Shown piece after piece: positions 31,549 to 32,000 of a DNA stretch of 32,000 nt (position 1 is its first letter; every line of letters starts with the position of its first letter). The notes below the pieces were generated by a model. The model was not told the DNA's origin. It did no database searches and saw only the letters and a list, made by a program, of their open reading frames with translations. Source of the stretch: Dickeya solani IPO 2222. GTDB taxonomy: Bacteria; Pseudomonadota; Gammaproteobacteria; Enterobacterales; Enterobacteriaceae. A program made the translations under genes and the position numbers. The stretch covers positions 2,460,001 to 2,492,000 of the forward strand of contig NZ_CP015137.1 of NCBI RefSeq assembly GCF_001644705.1, given 5' to 3'.

Positions 31549-32000
31549 ATGATGAACAGTCCCGCGTTTTTGCGTCTGCGGTTTGCCTTCAAACTCAGTA
31601 CGGCTATCGTGCTGTCGCTGGTGCTGGGGTTTCATCTGCAACTGGAAACCCCGCGCTGGGCGACGCTGACCGCCGCGATTGTGGCGGCCGGCCCGGCTTT
31701 CGCCGCCGGCGGCGACCCGTTTTCCGGCGCGATTCGTCACCGCGGCATGCTCAGGGTGATCGGCACCTTTATCGGTTGTATCGGCGCATTGGTTATCATC
31801 ATCGCCACGGTACGCGCGCCGGTGGTGATGCTGATGCTGTGCTGCCTGTGGGCGGGCGTTTGCGTCTGGATATCGTCGCTGGTAAAAGTGGAAAACGCCT
31901 ATGTATTCGCGCTGGCGGGCTACACGGCGCTGATCATCATTGTGACCAGCCAGAGCGCGCCGCTGCGTATTCCGCAATTTGCCGTCGAGCGTTGCAGTGA
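31549..32000 (+). CDS. aaeB: p-Hydroxybenzoic acid efflux pump subunit AaeB. Only the N-terminal ~150 aa are present; the gene runs off the right edge.
   Basis: Hand translation from ATGATG 31549 gives [86 protein letters not shown]...PQFAVERCS. This matches the E. coli AaeB N-terminus ([38 protein letters not shown]...). It is not in the ORF track because no stop lies in the window. Confidence 0.93.
   Translation, partial: MMNSPAFLRLRFAFKLSTAIVLSLVLGFHLQLETPRWATLTAAIVAAGPAFAAGGDPFSGAIRHRGMLRVIGTFIGCIGALVIIIATVRAPVVMLMLCCLWAGVCVWISSLVKVENAYVFALAGYTALIIIVTSQSAPLRIPQFAVERCS

Overview
This is a GC-rich enterobacterial chromosome segment. Protein sequences and gene order look Pectobacteriaceae/Dickeya-like, but that is an impression, not a verified assignment. 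From about 6.5 kb to 32 kb the window is a conserved housekeeping block. The minus strand carries fis-dusB, prmA-panF-yhdT, accC-accB, aroQ, msrQ-msrP and acuI. The plus strand carries csrD, mreBCD, yhdE(maf), rng, yhdP and tldD, followed by aaeR divergent from aaeX-aaeA-aaeB, which is cut by the right edge. The left 6.4 kb is the only accessory-looking part. It holds a truncated amino-acid ABC binding protein, an orphan cytoplasmic EEP-fold (endonuclease/exonuclease/phosphatase) protein, a stand-alone SDR, and a LysR regulator divergent from a cupin-SDR-Zn-alcohol dehydrogenase operon. I saw no rRNA, tRNA, CRISPR array, IS/transposase, integrase, phage gene, toxin-antitoxin pair or recognisable defence gene. 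I do not find convincing evidence for a new multi-gene system here. The most checkable oddities are listed below:
- the EEP protein with a large insertion
- the LysR-controlled redox cassette, its perfect T-N11-A box and a long unexplained leader
- a perfect 18-bp tandem repeat (22-bp period) between acuI and msrP
- several intergenic hairpins and inverted repeats
Many long ORFs in the supplied track are antisense or off-frame shadows of real genes, as is typical of GC-rich DNA. Several track ORFs also carry spurious N-terminal extensions, which I trimmed by homology and Shine-Dalgarno position.
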